Notes: generated by a model not told the origin, from the sequence alone. Positions 23,961 to 31,383 are shown, numbered from the stretch's first letter. The stretch is 32,000 nucleotides of DNA from Candidatus Nanosynbacter lyticus (GCF_000803625.1 NZ_CP007496.1:540001-572000); one strand, 5' to 3'. Translations and numbers: made by a program.

Positions 23961-24433
23961 ATACTATCCACCTTTTTTTCTGCCCCAGTGGACAAATCTT
24001 TATACGTGATACTATGCCTGACGCAAGTTGCTGCAACTATATCAGATGGCGCGCCAGATGCCGGCTTAGTGCAGTCATGTCCATCAATATTTGAGGCTTC
24101 ATATAATATTTCGCCGTTACTTCCGCCAGCCCAGTCGCTACGACTACACTTTATCATTTCCTTTTTCAAAGAATCGCCTCCTACAATTGACGAAAAATTC
24201 CTGGTTAAATCACCACACGACGGATATTCATGCCCGATGCCGCTTGTATTGTTATATTTATAATACCTCTCCAGCTTTAGTGATAGCTCGGAAATATTAG
24301 CTCGCTGTTTTTCTCTTTTAATGAGATTTGAAAATCTTTCACTACCAACAAAGGTGAGGCCCGCTAAAATTGACACGACTACAATAATTATCGCCAACTC
24401 GATTAACGTATAACCACCCATCCTACGATTCAT
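23948..24433 (-). CDS. Minor (pseudo)pilin, FimU/GspH-like by position
   Basis: MNRRMGG|YTLIELAIIIVVVSILAGL prepilin N-terminus with Glu+5. The start is placed at ATG 24433, since the tracked ORF starts 2 codons earlier at a TTG that would lie inside the promoter spacer. Confidence 0.75.
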   Translation of the reverse strand: MNRRMGGYTLIELAIIIVVVSILAGLTFVGSERFSNLIKREKQRANISELSLKLERYYKYNNTSGIGHEYPSCGDLTRNFSSIVGGDSLKKEMIKCSRSDWAGGSNGEILYEASNIDGHDCTKPASGAPSDIVAATCVRHSITYKDLSTGAEKKVDSIWRD

Positions 24434-24440
24434 ATTCAAT

Positions 24441-24446
24441 ATTGTA
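24441..24446 (-). promoter_or_regulatory. -10 element (TACAAT) of the minor-pilin operon; leaderless geometry
   Basis: The minus strand reads TACAAT-attgaat-ATG(24433). There is no TGn extension at the canonical position. Confidence 0.4.
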
Positions 24447-24475
24447 GCGCAGTTTTACAAAAAAGCCTATGCTTA

Positions 24476-25501
24476 TTACAAAGAAAGTTCCAACGGTTCT
24501 TGTTCAATTCTTATACCAAATTTATCATACACCGTTTGAATAATTTGCTCACGAATTGCCGCTAAATCGCCATAGCCAGTTGCCGACTCATTTACCAGCA
24601 CAAGAGCATTTTTTTCATAAACCCTCATACCATGACTAGCAAAACCTTTCAGTCCAGCTCTATCAATCAGCCAGCCTGTTGGTACTTTATATCTTCCGTC
24701 AGACATAGCATAATTTGGCACATCACTATACTCTTTTTGCAGTTGTTCCAATTGCCATTTTTCGATCAAAGCGTTCTTGAAAAAAGAGCCTGCGCTAGGT
24801 ATCTCAGCCGGATCTGGCAATTTTTCCGAGCGAATATTAAGCACCGCTACACGAATTACCGACAAATTAACTTCACGAATATCATTATCTTCAATATATT
24901 TTTGTAGCGAAGCATAAAATGGCGGCCTTGGTTCTGCTTTATTTAATCTTAGAGTAATATTTAAAATACAGTAACGGCCCTTTTGACTATCACGAAAAAT
25001 ACTATTGCGATAAGAGAAATCACATTCATCAGCAGAAATCGTCACAATTGAATCAGTTTTCGAATCGTATGCTTCTAAACTAACTAAAGTATCAGCGATC
25101 TCTTGTCCGTAAGCGCCAACATTCTGAACGGGTGCAGCACCGGCAGTTCCCGGAATTCCCGACATAGCCTCAATTCCCTGAAGCCCCAGACCAACAGCCC
25201 GTTCAACAACTTCATCCCAAACTTCGCCCGCACCAATCTTGATATCTGTCGTATCGTCATTATCAGCAACGACCTCAAACCCCTCGATCTTATTCAACAG
25301 AATGATTCCCTCAAATGTTTCGTCGCGTGTGATGACATTACTGCCGCCACCCAGCACAAAGATGGGTAAATTTTCCTTTCGGGCATTCCGATATAAAGTT
25401 ACAACATCGCTAGCAGAATTTACAGCCACCATATAGCGTGTTTCACCGCCTAATTTCATAGTCGTATACTGCTTCAATGGTACGTTCGTCATGACATCCA
25501 T
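24476..25501 (-). CDS. murB: UDP-N-acetylenolpyruvoylglucosamine reductase
   Basis: LKQYTTMKLGGETRY, VLGGGSNV and GIEAMSGIPGTAGAAPVQNVGAYG are typical MurB FAD-binding and substrate motifs. Confidence 0.9.
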   Translation of the reverse strand: MDVMTNVPLKQYTTMKLGGETRYMVAVNSASDVVTLYRNARKENLPIFVLGGGSNVITRDETFEGIILLNKIEGFEVVADNDDTTDIKIGAGEVWDEVVERAVGLGLQGIEAMSGIPGTAGAAPVQNVGAYGQEIADTLVSLEAYDSKTDSIVTISADECDFSYRNSIFRDSQKGRYCILNITLRLNKAEPRPPFYASLQKYIEDNDIREVNLSVIRVAVLNIRSEKLPDPAEIPSAGSFFKNALIEKWQLEQLQKEYSDVPNYAMSDGRYKVPTGWLIDRAGLKGFASHGMRVYEKNALVLVNESATGYGDLAAIREQIIQTVYDKFGIRIEQEPLELSL

Positions 25502-25507
25502 GTGTAT

Positions 25508-25516
25508 ATTATATCA
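25508..25516 (-). promoter_or_regulatory. Extended -10 promoter (TGaTATAAT) of murB; leaderless geometry
   Basis: The minus strand reads TGATATAAT-atacac-ATG(25501). Confidence 0.55.
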
Positions 25517-25536
25517 TTTTACTCGGTCGCCATCTA

Positions 25537-25545
25537 TGCTATAAT
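25537..25545 (+). promoter_or_regulatory. Extended -10 promoter (TGcTATAAT) for the tRNA-Arg pair
   Basis: TGCTATAAT lies 10 nt upstream of the tRNA-Arg(UCG) 5' end. Confidence 0.5.
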
Positions 25546-25555
25546 ACCTCTGTAT

Positions 25556-25632
25556 GCACCCGTAGCTCAGCGGATTAGAGTACTTGGCTTCGAACCAAGG
25601 GGTCGCAAGTTCGAATCTTGCCGGGTGTACCA
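25556..25632 (+). tRNA. tRNA-Arg (anticodon UCG), CCA encoded, G1-U72 wobble
   Basis: Acceptor GCACCCG/CGGGTGT, anticodon arm CTTGG-CTTCGAA-CCAAG, T arm GCAAG-TTCGAAT-CTTGC, A73. Confidence 0.88.
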
Positions 25633-25656
25633 TTTTATTGAATTAACAAGACACAC

Positions 25657-25733
25657 GCCCCGTTAGCTCAACTGGATAGAGCGTTGGTTTCCGGTACCAA
25701 AGGTTGCAGGTTCGATTCCTGTGCGGGGTACCA
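25657..25733 (+). tRNA. tRNA-Arg (anticodon CCG), CCA encoded, G1-U72 wobble
   Basis: Acceptor GCCCCGT/GCGGGGT, anticodon arm TTGGT-TTCCGGT-ACCAA, T loop TTCGATT, A73. Confidence 0.88.
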
Positions 25734-25739
25734 GATTAG

Positions 25740-25760
25740 CCCGTTATTGTGACGGGTTTT
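25740..25760 (+). terminator. Short hairpin plus T4 after the tRNA-Arg pair
   Basis: CCCGT-tattgtg-ACGGG-TTTT. The stem is 5 bp and the T-tract is short. Confidence 0.4.
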
Positions 25761-25818
25761 AATTATATCTATAAATTGCTTACTTTTTATATTAAATAGT
25801 GGTATAAATGTGAGCACT

Positions 25819-26544
25819 ATGGAGACCGGCAAACAAAGACCCGCAAATGATTTCCATAGCGCAATGGAAGCAGTTATAAAAGCAATACGCGAGAAAAAAT
25901 TCGGACAAGCGGCGATATTAGCCTCCCCGGCCTATAATTTAACACCAAACTTATCCGAACAAGCCCGTGCTGCCCGTGATTTAAGTGCCGCCTACCGCCA
26001 TCAAGGCGACTACGATGAATCCGAAAAATGGGCCACTGAAGCAGTGGAGCAACATGAAGCTTTGGTCGAAGAAGGAGAGAATCGCAGTACGCTACGTGAA
26101 CTGGGTGCGAGCGTCGCAACGCTCGGAACCCTGCAGCTACAGCATATCGTAACAGACCCTTCTTATGATAATCAGGAAAACTCTCAACGGGCAGCAGAAA
26201 ATCTAAGCAAAGGTCTGCGCTATATTGAAGAGTCTCGCGAGCATGCTGCAGACAAGAACCGCAAGATTGACCAATATGACATTAACTTTACTGCTCGTAC
26301 AGGCTTCGCTGAAGCGTTGGCTGGCGATACAAAGAGGAGTCTAGCACTGGGCGCAAGAGCTGTGCGGTTGGCGTTTTTGTCTGAATCACCAAAGATTGAC
26401 ACTTCAAATCCAAATATGACAGCCAAAGAACGCTTCAAATCTAAGGCTCGCGCGTTTGTAAGAGGCGTTGGCGCGGTAGCTGTGGCGGCAGTGGCGCCAT
26501 CTAATAGGGAGTTGGCTAAATCTATTGTCGAGAGGCTTAATTAA
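25819..26544 (+). CDS. Hypothetical all-helical (TPR-like?) protein
   Basis: A 244-aa tracked ORF starting at GTG 25810. I prefer ATG 25819 because TATAAA (25803-25808) sits immediately upstream. I recognise no family motif. The C-terminus has an Ala/Val-rich segment (FVRGVGAVAVAAVAPS). Confidence 0.5.
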   Translation: METGKQRPANDFHSAMEAVIKAIREKKFGQAAILASPAYNLTPNLSEQARAARDLSAAYRHQGDYDESEKWATEAVEQHEALVEEGENRSTLRELGASVATLGTLQLQHIVTDPSYDNQENSQRAAENLSKGLRYIEESREHAADKNRKIDQYDINFTARTGFAEALAGDTKRSLALGARAVRLAFLSESPKIDTSNPNMTAKERFKSKARAFVRGVGAVAVAAVAPSNRELAKSIVERLN

Positions 26545-28979
26545 TTGGCCGATGGAATCACTGGAGCTTGAGGAGTTTGGCTACTTAAAATCTGACGAAT
26601 TTGCTCAGCGGTAATAATTGTAGTTGATCCAGGCGCAATTGTACCAGCTAGCATTTGCTTAGCGACAGTATTCTCAACCGCTCGTTGGACAACGCGACGC
26701 ATCGGACGGGCGCCCAGGCGCGGATCGTAGCCAGCTTCAACCAATAGCTTCTTACCTTCCTCTTCAACTGCAACTTGAATTTTTTGCGGTGCCAAAGTTT
26801 TATTAACACCAGCCAAAATCAAATCGACGACCTGCAATAGCTCCTCCTTGCCTAGCGGCCGGAACAAAACAATTTCATCAAAACGGTTCAAAAACTCTGG
26901 TCGGAATAGGTTAGCGTTGATTAACTCATCAATAAACGTTTGCTCAAATTGCTCCAGCTGATAACCACGCTCGATATATTCACGAATTCTATCCGCTCCA
27001 GCGTTTGACGTAGCAATGACAATCGTATCGCGAAAACTAATTTCCCGGTTATTTTCATCACGCAGGATACCCTCGTCCAATAGCTGCAGTAAAGTCGTCA
27101 ACACCTGCGGATGAGCTTTTTCAATCTCATCCAGTAGCACCACTGAAAACGGCTTTTTTTGCACCTGAGCCGTCAAGCTACCTGAGTCGCGCGCCCCATC
27201 GGCAATCAGCCGCGCTACATCATCTGGGCGGACAAACTCGTTTAAATCTAAGCGAATCATACTACCTTCGCCGCCAAAATAAACATCCGCCAAAGCTTTG
27301 GATAATTCAGTCTTACCAACACCAGTCGGACCGAGGAACAGGAAAGCGCCAATTGGGCGATTTTGGTTCCTAACGCCAGTACGCGCCCGACGAATAGCAT
27401 CGGAAACAACCGTAACCGCCCGCGACTGATTAATCATGCGCTGGTGAATCAGAGATTCCAAATTCAGCAGCTTTTCCCTCTCGTCACTTAGCGATGCCAC
27501 GGAAATCTTTATACCGAGTGTCTTCTCAATAGCGTCATCCACTGATTGTGCCGTCACCAGCCCATCACTAGCATAGCTTGCCGCTGCCTCTAAAATTTTT
27601 AGAGCCTTACCCGGCATTACCAAGTCCTGAACATATCGATCGCCCACTCGGTAAGCCTCCGCCAAAGCTTGATACATATACCTAACTTTATGTTGTGCCT
27701 CAAACAGCACCAGTTGATCACGCATAATTTTCATAGTTTCCGATTCACTAGACGGCTGAATAGCGATGGTATTTAAGGCGTGAGCTAGCTGCGGTTTAGT
27801 CTGAGAAATTTGCAAGAAACGCTGCTCGTCCATTGTCAAAATCATCCTCAATCTGCCAGCTTCTAGAATTGGCAGTAGTACATTACTCAAATCAACAGAA
27901 CCAACGCCCTCTTCAAAAAATAGCTGTGCATTATCCAGGCATAAAATAACATTCTTTGATAAAAACGCCTCATTTAAGATCATTGTTACCAGATTTTCCA
28001 ATTCACCGCGACCCGACGCTACGCTAACCAAAGATGAAGAGTCAAGTATAAAAACTTGCTGATACATCAACGACCCAGGAACGCCCTGATGTCCATCAAT
28101 CAACATCTCTGCAAACGCCGAAACTACCGTACTTTTCCCAGCGCCATCAGCACCAATTAACGCAATGTTCTGACGACCACCTGAGCTAAATATTTTCATC
28201 ATTTGCTCAAGCGCACTTTCATGCGCCGCCAACTTTGTAGTAAGCATCTGACCGGAAATGTTAGCGCTAATATTCTGCGCAAAGCGGCTCAGCAGCGGAG
28301 TATAACCGAACGACCAATCTCTGGCAATTCCGCCAGTCCGTAACGGTTTTTTGTTATGCTCTTCAATTAATGCCTTTATACGCTCGTACCACTTGATAGT
28401 CTCTTCGATATCCTGAAAATCAATTTTCATATTTGCCAGCAACGAATCATGCTGCGGCAACTGTTTTACTATAGCCGCGGCTAAAACCGCACTGGTAATC
28501 TTCGGACTTTTAGTGCTCTGCCAAATCTCAATTGCCGCTTTCCAGACCTGCTCGGTTTGGTCTGGATTGTCAACGGAAATATTATGTAAAAAGTTTGGCG
28601 TTAAACCCAGGCGCAAGGCTAAAAACTGTCCAGCTCGAGTGCCCGTAATCGCTTCAGCAATATCAGTTGGTGTTGGTCGGCGTGGCAACTTCCCCAAAAC
28701 GTCAGCCGCCATCACATCATCAATAGTCTGCGGATTCTTATTAATCTCCGCCGTCTTCAAATCTTTCTCCCACCAAATAGACAGCATAACCATCGGACCG
28801 CTTAGACCCAGCATCAGCCAGCCGACCGATCCGTGTTCAATCAGCATCCACACCCCAAGCACCACTATCATGATACCAATTGCTATTACCACAACGTGCC
28901 AAGCATTGCCGAATCTAACTGAAAACCTTGCCTTTTGGGACCTCAAACTATCGTAATTAAATTTTGGCTGCACATTCAT
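26541..28979 (-). CDS. Membrane-anchored double-AAA+ Clp/Hsp100-family ATPase (atypical: 2 N-terminal TM helices, no M-domain, no ClpP-docking tripeptide)
   Basis: TM helices WHVVVIAIGIMIVVLGVWMLI and WLMLGLSGPMVMLSIWW. Clp_N-like repeats. D1 Walker A IGADGAGKST and Walker B ILCLDNA. D2 Walker A LGPTGVGKT and Walker B VVLLDEIEKAH. D2-small ARPMRRVVQRAVEN. The start at ATG 28979 forms an ATGA overlap with the upstream gene's stop. Confidence 0.85.
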   Translation of the reverse strand: MNVQPKFNYDSLRSQKARFSVRFGNAWHVVVIAIGIMIVVLGVWMLIEHGSVGWLMLGLSGPMVMLSIWWEKDLKTAEINKNPQTIDDVMAADVLGKLPRRPTPTDIAEAITGTRAGQFLALRLGLTPNFLHNISVDNPDQTEQVWKAAIEIWQSTKSPKITSAVLAAAIVKQLPQHDSLLANMKIDFQDIEETIKWYERIKALIEEHNKKPLRTGGIARDWSFGYTPLLSRFAQNISANISGQMLTTKLAAHESALEQMMKIFSSGGRQNIALIGADGAGKSTVVSAFAEMLIDGHQGVPGSLMYQQVFILDSSSLVSVASGRGELENLVTMILNEAFLSKNVILCLDNAQLFFEEGVGSVDLSNVLLPILEAGRLRMILTMDEQRFLQISQTKPQLAHALNTIAIQPSSESETMKIMRDQLVLFEAQHKVRYMYQALAEAYRVGDRYVQDLVMPGKALKILEAAASYASDGLVTAQSVDDAIEKTLGIKISVASLSDEREKLLNLESLIHQRMINQSRAVTVVSDAIRRARTGVRNQNRPIGAFLFLGPTGVGKTELSKALADVYFGGEGSMIRLDLNEFVRPDDVARLIADGARDSGSLTAQVQKKPFSVVLLDEIEKAHPQVLTTLLQLLDEGILRDENNREISFRDTIVIATSNAGADRIREYIERGYQLEQFEQTFIDELINANLFRPEFLNRFDEIVLFRPLGKEELLQVVDLILAGVNKTLAPQKIQVAVEEEGKKLLVEAGYDPRLGARPMRRVVQRAVENTVAKQMLAGTIAPGSTTIITAEQIRQILSSQTPQAPVIPSAN

Positions 28980-29350
28980 AGCGAAACCCCCATTTGCCAC
29001 AGCACAATTCCCACAAACGGCAATAGCGGCAAGATCAGCCACAGAATAATTCCCAGAATCATCCACAAAACCCTCAGTAATATCATCAATATTCCGACAA
29101 TTATCACTACAGAGCGTACCACCATGCCAACCACGCGTGAAAATAACTTATCGAAAAATGCCGACAACTGAACTGGCGCAGCACCGCCAACTGGAGACGC
29201 TGAAATCTGACGAAACGGATTAAATAACGTTTTTAATAACAATCCGACCGAAAAAAAGTCTGCCGTTCGCAAAACCCCCAAAAAACCTTGCTGAATGTGT
29301 TGCAATAATCCACTGCCATACCACCACTGAAAGATCCCCACCAAAAACAT
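28976..29350 (-). CDS. Small polytopic membrane protein (hypothetical, ~124 aa)
   Basis: MFLVGIFQWWYGSGLL...FFSVGLLLKTLFNPF...VVGMVVRSVVIIVGILMILLRVLWMILGIILWLILPLLPFVGIVLW. The start is set at M18 of the tracked ORF, 6 nt after TGCTACAAT. The stop overlaps the Clp-like start (ATGA). Confidence 0.6.
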   Translation of the reverse strand: MFLVGIFQWWYGSGLLQHIQQGFLGVLRTADFFSVGLLLKTLFNPFRQISASPVGGAAPVQLSAFFDKLFSRVVGMVVRSVVIIVGILMILLRVLWMILGIILWLILPLLPFVGIVLWQMGVSL

Positions 29351-29356
29351 ATTGAT

Positions 29357-29365
29357 ATTGTAGCA
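29357..29365 (-). promoter_or_regulatory. Extended -10 promoter (TGcTACAAT) of the membrane protein/Clp-like operon; leaderless geometry
   Basis: The minus strand reads TGCTACAAT-atcaat-ATG(29350). Confidence 0.5.
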
Positions 29366-29381
29366 TATTAGCCCAGCAGAG

Positions 29382-29387
29382 TATAAT
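29382..29387 (+). promoter_or_regulatory. -10 element (TATAAT) of murT-gatD; leaderless geometry
   Basis: TATAAT-ggattat-ATG(29395). The alternative ATG at 29386 overlaps the hexamer itself. Confidence 0.45.
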
Positions 29388-29394
29388 GGATTAT

Positions 29395-30657
29395 ATGGCA
29401 AGACAGATGATCAGTACTATAATTGGCAAAGGGGTCAAGAAGGTTGCAAGATTACGCGGCGGCGGTTCAGCTCTGCCAGGCTTAGTGATTGAGAAAATTG
29501 ACCCAAAGTTCATCCAGCGCACACTGAAAGACCTACCACAAGGCGTGGTAATTATCAGCGGCACTAACGGAAAAACAACAACCACAAAAATCGTCGTGGA
29601 ATTGCTCGAGTCAGTTGGATTAAGGGTTTTTACGAATCGGACTGGCAGTAATTTTTCCCGAGGCGTAGCAGCTGCGCTGCTGGACGAAGTCAACCTCCGT
29701 GGTAAACTGGAAGCCGATATTGCAGTCCTGGAACTTGACGAGGCCTGGGCGGTGAAATTTGTGCAAATGGTTCGCCCACGATTCTCGCTATTATTAAATG
29801 TGATGCGCGATCAGCTAGATAGATTTGGAGAGATTGATAATACAGCGTCGCTGCTTCAGAAAATAGCCGAAGCAACTACCGATACTGTTGTTCTTAATCG
29901 CGACGATCCACGGATTTTTAAGATTAGTAAAAACATTCAGGCTAAAAAAGTATTCTTCGGCACAACCGACGAGCTACTTAAATTAATGCCGACCGACGAC
30001 AACTTAAAATACGGTGCAGCAATTGCTAACCAAAGCGTAAACGTCGATGTTTTATTAAAAAAGATTAGCGGCCAGGAGGCGACTCTACAGATTGACAACA
30101 AAGAAACTGCTGTCAATTTAAAGCTTACCGGCGTTTATAATTTACTTAATGCCGCAGCAGCTACAGCCCTGGCGCGACAAATTACCGGACCGGAAGTTAC
30201 AGACACCATATTGTCAGCGCTCGAAAATATTAAGCCAGCCTTTGGTCGCGGTGAAACAATTTTCCTAAACGGCACTCCAATTGAACTTATTCTCGTTAAA
30301 AATCCAAGCGGTTTTCGACTGGCGCTTTTGTCATTTGCCAAAAATAGCAGCGCGACGATGATCGCGGTTAATGACAATTACGCAGACGGGCGAGATGTTA
30401 GTTGGTTTTGGGATGTTGACTTTTCGGCTCTGAAAAAGGTAGCCATGATTAGTGGGGTGCGCGCTTATGACATGGCGCTGCGTCTTCAATATGACGAAGT
30501 TGCGATTGAAAAAATTGACACCGATATTACGCGGGCGTTAGATGATTTTATCAACGACCGCCCAGAAGAACCAAAGCAAATATTCTGTAGCTATACCGCC
30601 ATGACTGCAATTCGACGCCTGCTTAGCGAAAAAACCGACGTAGAGGAAATATTATGA
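29395..30657 (+). CDS. murT: Lipid II isoglutaminyl synthase subunit MurT (Mur-ligase family with C-terminal DUF1727)
   Basis: ISGTNGKTTTTKIV P-loop, LNVMRDQLDRFGE, and the C-terminal DNYADGRDVSWFWDVDF motif. ATGA overlap with gatD. The start could also be ATG 29386, three codons earlier. Confidence 0.85.
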   Translation: MARQMISTIIGKGVKKVARLRGGGSALPGLVIEKIDPKFIQRTLKDLPQGVVIISGTNGKTTTTKIVVELLESVGLRVFTNRTGSNFSRGVAAALLDEVNLRGKLEADIAVLELDEAWAVKFVQMVRPRFSLLLNVMRDQLDRFGEIDNTASLLQKIAEATTDTVVLNRDDPRIFKISKNIQAKKVFFGTTDELLKLMPTDDNLKYGAAIANQSVNVDVLLKKISGQEATLQIDNKETAVNLKLTGVYNLLNAAAATALARQITGPEVTDTILSALENIKPAFGRGETIFLNGTPIELILVKNPSGFRLALLSFAKNSSATMIAVNDNYADGRDVSWFWDVDFSALKKVAMISGVRAYDMALRLQYDEVAIEKIDTDITRALDDFINDRPEEPKQIFCSYTAMTAIRRLLSEKTDVEEIL

Positions 30658-31379
30658 CAAAAATAACAATTGCACAACTTTATCCACGAGACATGAATTT
30701 ATACGGCGACTGGGGTAACACGCTGGTCCTAAAAAAACGCCTAGAGTGGCGCGGTTTTGAAGTCGAAATTATCGACCACAATCCAGGCGATTCAACAGAC
30801 TTTTCTAAGATTGATATTTTCGTCGGTGGTGGCGGTCAAGACTCTGGCCAGACGATTATCCAAAACGACCTTTTGAAACGAGCAGACGAGCTCCAACAAT
30901 TAGCAAACGACGGCGTGCCGATGCTAATGATTTGTGGTATGTATCAGCTCTTCGGCCGCTTTTTCCGCACACTTAAGGGCGAAGAGATTGTTGGCGCTAA
31001 TATTTTACCGATTGAAACAATTGCTGGCGAGGAACGAATGATTGGCAATATTATTATCAAGAGCCAAGAATTTGGCGAGATTATCGGATACGAAAATCAT
31101 AGTGGGCAGACCTTCCTTGATAAAACTGTCACGCCGCTAGGGCAAGTGATTAAGGGTGCTGGTAATAATATGATTGATACGAATGAAGGCGTTCGGTATA
31201 ACAATGTTATAGCCACATATCTCCACGGCCCAATCCTACCGAAAAACCCACAAATTGCTGATTTTCTAATCAATGAAGTCCTAAGACGACGCGATATCAG
31301 CATAGACTTTGGAGTAGATAATATTGACGATGAGATAGCCCACAAGGCACGTGAAATATCCCTAAAACTTCCCAGATAG
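30654..31379 (+). CDS. gatD: Lipid II isoglutaminyl synthase glutaminase subunit GatD (CobB/CobQ-like type 1 GATase)
   Basis: Nucleophile elbow MLMICGMYQLFG, YENHSGQT, and His in YLHGPILPKNP. Translationally coupled to murT. Confidence 0.85.
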   Translation: MTKITIAQLYPRDMNLYGDWGNTLVLKKRLEWRGFEVEIIDHNPGDSTDFSKIDIFVGGGGQDSGQTIIQNDLLKRADELQQLANDGVPMLMICGMYQLFGRFFRTLKGEEIVGANILPIETIAGEERMIGNIIIKSQEFGEIIGYENHSGQTFLDKTVTPLGQVIKGAGNNMIDTNEGVRYNNVIATYLHGPILPKNPQIADFLINEVLRRRDISIDFGVDNIDDEIAHKAREISLKLPR

Positions 31380-31383
31380 TGTA

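Noticed and set aside
25734-26544. Possible integrated island next to the tRNA-Arg pair (the hypothetical 244-aa gene)
   Set aside because: There is no integrase, no repeat of the tRNA 3' end downstream that I could see, and no obvious compositional break. The gene is simply an unknown.
28980-29066. 29-codon extension of the Clp-like ATPase overlapping the upstream membrane-protein gene
   Set aside because: ATG 28979 forms a classic ATGA start/stop overlap with the upstream gene. The extension would require an 87-nt out-of-frame overlap and encodes an uninformative peptide.
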